A DNA stretch of 32,000 nucleotides, taken from Methanothermus fervidus DSM 2088. GTDB lineage: Archaea > Methanobacteriota > Methanobacteria > DSM-2088 > Methanothermaceae. Every line of letters begins with the position of its first letter. Position 1 is the stretch's first letter. Below the pieces are notes generated by a model. The model saw only the letters and a program-made list of their open reading frames with translations, made no database searches and had not been told where the DNA came from. The position numbers and the translations under genes are program-made. The stretch is taken from the NCBI GenBank assembly GCA_000166095.1, contig CP002278.1, positions 1,140,001 through 1,172,000 of the forward strand, in the 5' to 3' direction. Below are positions 28,907 through 32,000 of the stretch, piece after piece.

Positions 28907-30271
28907 ATGAAATGTGGATTTGAAATACACATCCAACTAAAAACAAAATCAAAACTTTTTTGCAGTTGTCCAACAAATTATCAAGACGCAGATCCTAATA
29001 CAAACGTTTGTCCAGTTTGTTTAAACCAACCAGGAGCAAAACCTTCCGCACCAAATGAAAAAGCTATAGAAAGTGCATTAAAGATAGCTTTAATGCTTGG
29101 ATGCAAAATAAACAAGGGAACTATATATTTCATGCGTAAACATTATGATTATCCAGATTTACCTTCTGGATATCAGAGGACTTCAACACCTATTGGATAT
29201 GATGGAGAACTAAATGGTATTAGAATTAGAGAAGTACATCTTGAAGAAGATCCTGGGCAATATAAGCCTGATTTAGGAGTAGTTGATTTTAATCGTTCTG
29301 GAATTCCTCTAATAGAGGTAGTTACAGAGCCTGATATAAATTCTCCAGAGGAAGCTAGGGAATTCCTTAAAGAACTTATGAGAGTTTTAGAATACAGTGA
29401 GGATGCCAGAGGAGAAGGAACTATGCGTGCAGATGTAAATGTTTCATTGGAAGGTGGTAGAAGAGTAGAGATAAAAAATATAAATTCAATAAAAGGTGCA
29501 TACAAAGCTTTAAAATTTGAAATTATGAGACAAAAAAATCTTTTAGAGAGAGGCATGGAAGTTGCTAGAGAAACAAGAGCATTTTTAGAATCTCAAATGA
29601 TAACAGTGCCTATGAGAATGAAAGAAGAAGCTGAAGATTACAGATATATACCAGATCCAGATTTACCCCCAATGAAATTTGATGAAAAGTATATTGAGAA
29701 AATAAAACAGAGTTTGCCTGAAACACCATCAATGAAAGTTAAAAGATTTGTAGAGCAATATAAAATATCAAAAGAGGATGCACACGTACTTACTTCAGAA
29801 CTTGCGTTGGCAAATGCATTTGAAGAAGTTGCAAAGGAAATTAATCCAAAATTTGCAGCACAATGGATGAGAGAAGAGTTGAAGAGAGTTCTTTCATATA
29901 ATAATATAACTTTTGCTGAGAGTGGTATCACACCAAAACAACTTATAGAATTGTTAAAAATGATACAGAACAAAGAAATAACTGTAAAAGCAGGCAAAAA
30001 AATAATTGAGCATCTACCATTTAATAAAAAATCTCCAAAAGAAATAGCAAAAGAATTAGGTCTTTTAGGCGTAATTGAAGATGAAGAAAAAATATTGAAA
30101 GCTGTTGAAAAAGCTATTAAAGACAATCCAAAAGCTGTAAATGATTATCATAATGGTAAAAAAGCAGCCTTAAATTTCTTACTTGGACAAGTCATGAAAC
30201 TTACAAAAGGAAAGGTCGATCCTCAACGAACAATGCAAATATTAAAAAGTAAGGTTGAAGAGTCAAAATAA
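28907..30271 (+). CDS. gatB: Asp-tRNA(Asn)/Glu-tRNA(Gln) amidotransferase subunit B
   Basis: CGFEIHIQLKTKSKLFCSCPTNY...CPVCLNQPGAKPSAP, YFMRKHYDYPDLPSGYQRTSTPIG, DFNRSGIPLIEVVTEPDI, MRADVNVSL. Confidence 0.95.
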   Translation: MKCGFEIHIQLKTKSKLFCSCPTNYQDADPNTNVCPVCLNQPGAKPSAPNEKAIESALKIALMLGCKINKGTIYFMRKHYDYPDLPSGYQRTSTPIGYDGELNGIRIREVHLEEDPGQYKPDLGVVDFNRSGIPLIEVVTEPDINSPEEAREFLKELMRVLEYSEDARGEGTMRADVNVSLEGGRRVEIKNINSIKGAYKALKFEIMRQKNLLERGMEVARETRAFLESQMITVPMRMKEEAEDYRYIPDPDLPPMKFDEKYIEKIKQSLPETPSMKVKRFVEQYKISKEDAHVLTSELALANAFEEVAKEINPKFAAQWMREELKRVLSYNNITFAESGITPKQLIELLKMIQNKEITVKAGKKIIEHLPFNKKSPKEIAKELGLLGVIEDEEKILKAVEKAIKDNPKAVNDYHNGKKAALNFLLGQVMKLTKGKVDPQRTMQILKSKVEESK

Positions 30272-30273
30272 AT

Positions 30274-30501
30274 ATGGCACAAAATATTATTAACATGCTT
30301 AAGTGGCATCCAAAATATGATCTCTCTAATTGCAAAATTACTTATATACATAGAGGTTCCCCAGGAAATTTAAAAACAATAAAAGGTTCAGAAATAAAAA
30401 ACATCGATAGAGGATTTATAATATTGAAGAATGATGTTGCTATTCCATATCATCGTATAGTTAAAGTTCAATGCAAAAATTTTGTATGGGAGAGGAAGTG
30501 A
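30274..30501 (+). CDS. DUF504 family protein
   Basis: MLKWHPKYDLSNCKITYIHRGSPGNLKTIKGSEIKNIDRGFIILKNDVAIPYHRIVKV. Confidence 0.8.
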   Translation: MAQNIINMLKWHPKYDLSNCKITYIHRGSPGNLKTIKGSEIKNIDRGFIILKNDVAIPYHRIVKVQCKNFVWERK

Positions 30502-30505
30502 GTCA

Positions 30506-31306
30506 ATGGCTGATAAAGCATTAGTTAAAGATTATATGACTCGGAAAGTTATATGTGTAACTCCTGAAACACCCACATCTGAGTTGGTAGAATTAATGAA
30601 AAAAACCCAGCACGATGGTTTTCCTGTTACAGATGACGGCAAACTTGTGGGAATGGTTACATCTTTTGATTTAATTACTAATCCTTCAGCAAAAAAAGTT
30701 AAAGAAATAATGTCCACCGATGTCGTGGTAACTCGAGAGAACATGACAATTCATGATGCAGCAAGAGTAATGTTTAGAGAGGGTGTATCACGTTTACCTG
30801 TTGTAAATGGAGAAGGAAAGGTTGTGGGTATAATAACCAACACAGATATAATAAGATCACATATTGAAAGATCCACCCCAACAAAAGTTAGCTATTTTAG
30901 AAATACATTAAAACAAATTTACAATGTCAAAACTGAAGTTAAAAGAAAAAGAATACCTTTAAAAAAATTGAGGCCTACACAAGGTAAAATATATGCAGAT
31001 GAATTAAAAGGAAGAACTTATGAACTTAAAAGAGGTCTTGCTGAACCTATAATAGCTGTTAAAACTGGCGATCATTACGTAATTGTAGATGGTCACCATA
31101 GAGTAGTTGCAGCTCATAAGTTAGGATATAAAGAGATAGATGCATATGTAATACACCTAGATAAGGATATAAAGCTTGGCATTGAAAAAAGCGCTGATAA
31201 AAATAAAATTTATTCAATAGACGACATAGAAGTAATTGATGAAGTACAACATCCTTTAACAACGATAACTACTGTTAAGAGGCGAAAAGATGAAGATACT
31301 AAATGA
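30506..31306 (+). CDS. Two CBS domains fused to a ParB-like N-terminal nuclease-type domain
   Basis: [25 protein letters not shown]..., [35 protein letters not shown]..., then [51 protein letters not shown] 30506 is the better start. Confidence 0.88.
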   Translation: MADKALVKDYMTRKVICVTPETPTSELVELMKKTQHDGFPVTDDGKLVGMVTSFDLITNPSAKKVKEIMSTDVVVTRENMTIHDAARVMFREGVSRLPVVNGEGKVVGIITNTDIIRSHIERSTPTKVSYFRNTLKQIYNVKTEVKRKRIPLKKLRPTQGKIYADELKGRTYELKRGLAEPIIAVKTGDHYVIVDGHHRVVAAHKLGYKEIDAYVIHLDKDIKLGIEKSADKNKIYSIDDIEVIDEVQHPLTTITTVKRRKDEDTK

Positions 31307-31571
31307 AGTATATAAAGTGCTTGAAGATAGGCGTGATAACCCTATTGATTCTTATAGTTCACGCTTAATGCAAGATAATGGTAAGGCTGCTGAAGATAAA
31401 ATATTAGAGAAAATTGGTGAAGAATGTGCAGAATTAATAATAGCATCTAAAAACAATGAAAACATTGTGGAAGAAGCTGCTGATTTGATTTTTCATGTGT
31501 TAGTATTACTTGTGTATAAAGGTATAAAACTTGAAGAACTTTCTAAAGAATTTTTAAGGAGAAGAAGGTGA
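31290..31571 (+). CDS. hisE: Phosphoribosyl-ATP pyrophosphohydrolase
   Basis: [56 protein letters not shown]...[14 protein letters not shown]. Confidence 0.93.
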   Translation: MKILNEVYKVLEDRRDNPIDSYSSRLMQDNGKAAEDKILEKIGEECAELIIASKNNENIVEEAADLIFHVLVLLVYKGIKLEELSKEFLRRRR

Positions 31572-32000
31572 ATTTATTTGTTTTAATATTTTTAATGCAA
31601 AAGCCGCAGCTCCAAAACCATTATCAATATTAACAACAACTACGCCAGGTACACAAGATTGGAGCATAGAAAGCAGAGCTGCAATGCCTTTTCCACCTGC
31701 ACCATATCCAACAGATGTTGGGACAGCAATCACAGGTAAATCAACTAAACCTGCGACAACAGATGGTAATGCGCCTTCCATACCAGCTACGACTATTAAA
31801 AGTTGTACATTCTTCTTTATTAATTTTCTCAAATATCTAAATAATCTATGTATGCCTGCTATCCCTACATCATACACCATAGACACTTTACAACCCATCT
31901 CTTCAAGTATTATTTTTGCTTCTTCAGCAACAGGTATATCGGCAGTGCCACCAGTAATTATACCTACATGACCTTCTACCACTTTTTCATGTTTTCCAAC
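31554..32000 (-). CDS. larB: LarB-like nickel pincer cofactor biosynthesis protein / AIR carboxylase-fold (5' end outside window)
   Basis: [54 protein letters not shown]...[67 protein letters not shown]. Frame stays open to the window edge. Confidence 0.88.
   Translation of the reverse strand, partial: VGKHEKVVEGHVGIITGGTADIPVAEEAKIILEEMGCKVSMVYDVGIAGIHRLFRYLRKLIKKNVQLLIVVAGMEGALPSVVAGLVDLPVIAVPTSVGYGAGGKGIAALLSMLQSCVPGVVVVNIDNGFGAAAFALKILKQINSPSSP

Noticed and set aside
1-32000. Defence system, prophage or biosynthetic gene island
   Set aside because: No nucleases, restriction-modification, toxin-antitoxin, Cas, integrase, NRPS/PKS or phage structural proteins were recognised. Gene content is core metabolism and information processing.

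Overview
This is an AT-rich, gene-dense archaeal chromosome segment. The gene content (coenzyme F430 synthase CfbE, F420:NADP reductase, archaeal histone, pyruvoyl arginine decarboxylase, MurT/GatD-like pair) points to a methanogen, probably Methanobacteriales; the lineage is inferred. Almost the whole window is core housekeeping and biosynthetic genes in short co-directional runs. I found no convincing defence island, CRISPR array, prophage, tRNA or rRNA. Items worth a second look: (1) a 203-aa cis-splicing intein with what looks like a decayed homing-endonuclease remnant in a class II ribonucleotide reductase (22213-22821, minus strand); (2) a structured, unassigned element of about 190-250 nt between convergent genes (about 20305-20515, minus-strand orientation) with its own TATA-like box; (3) a Gfo/Idh/MocA dehydrogenase with no ATG/GTG/TTG upstream of its Rossmann motif, apparently starting at CTG (12397) right after a strong SD; (4) a radical SAM protein with a rare C-X4-C-X2-C cluster motif; (5) a 53-aa 2x[4Fe-4S] ferredoxin, missed by the ORF track, coupled to geranylgeranyl reductase; (6) a polyamine/hypusine locus (pdaD / aIF5A / speB); (7) Mur-ligase-type enzymes in two contexts (CfbE, and a MurT-GatD-like pair). 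I do not claim a wholly new multi-gene system. The intergenic RNA candidate is the least explained item.
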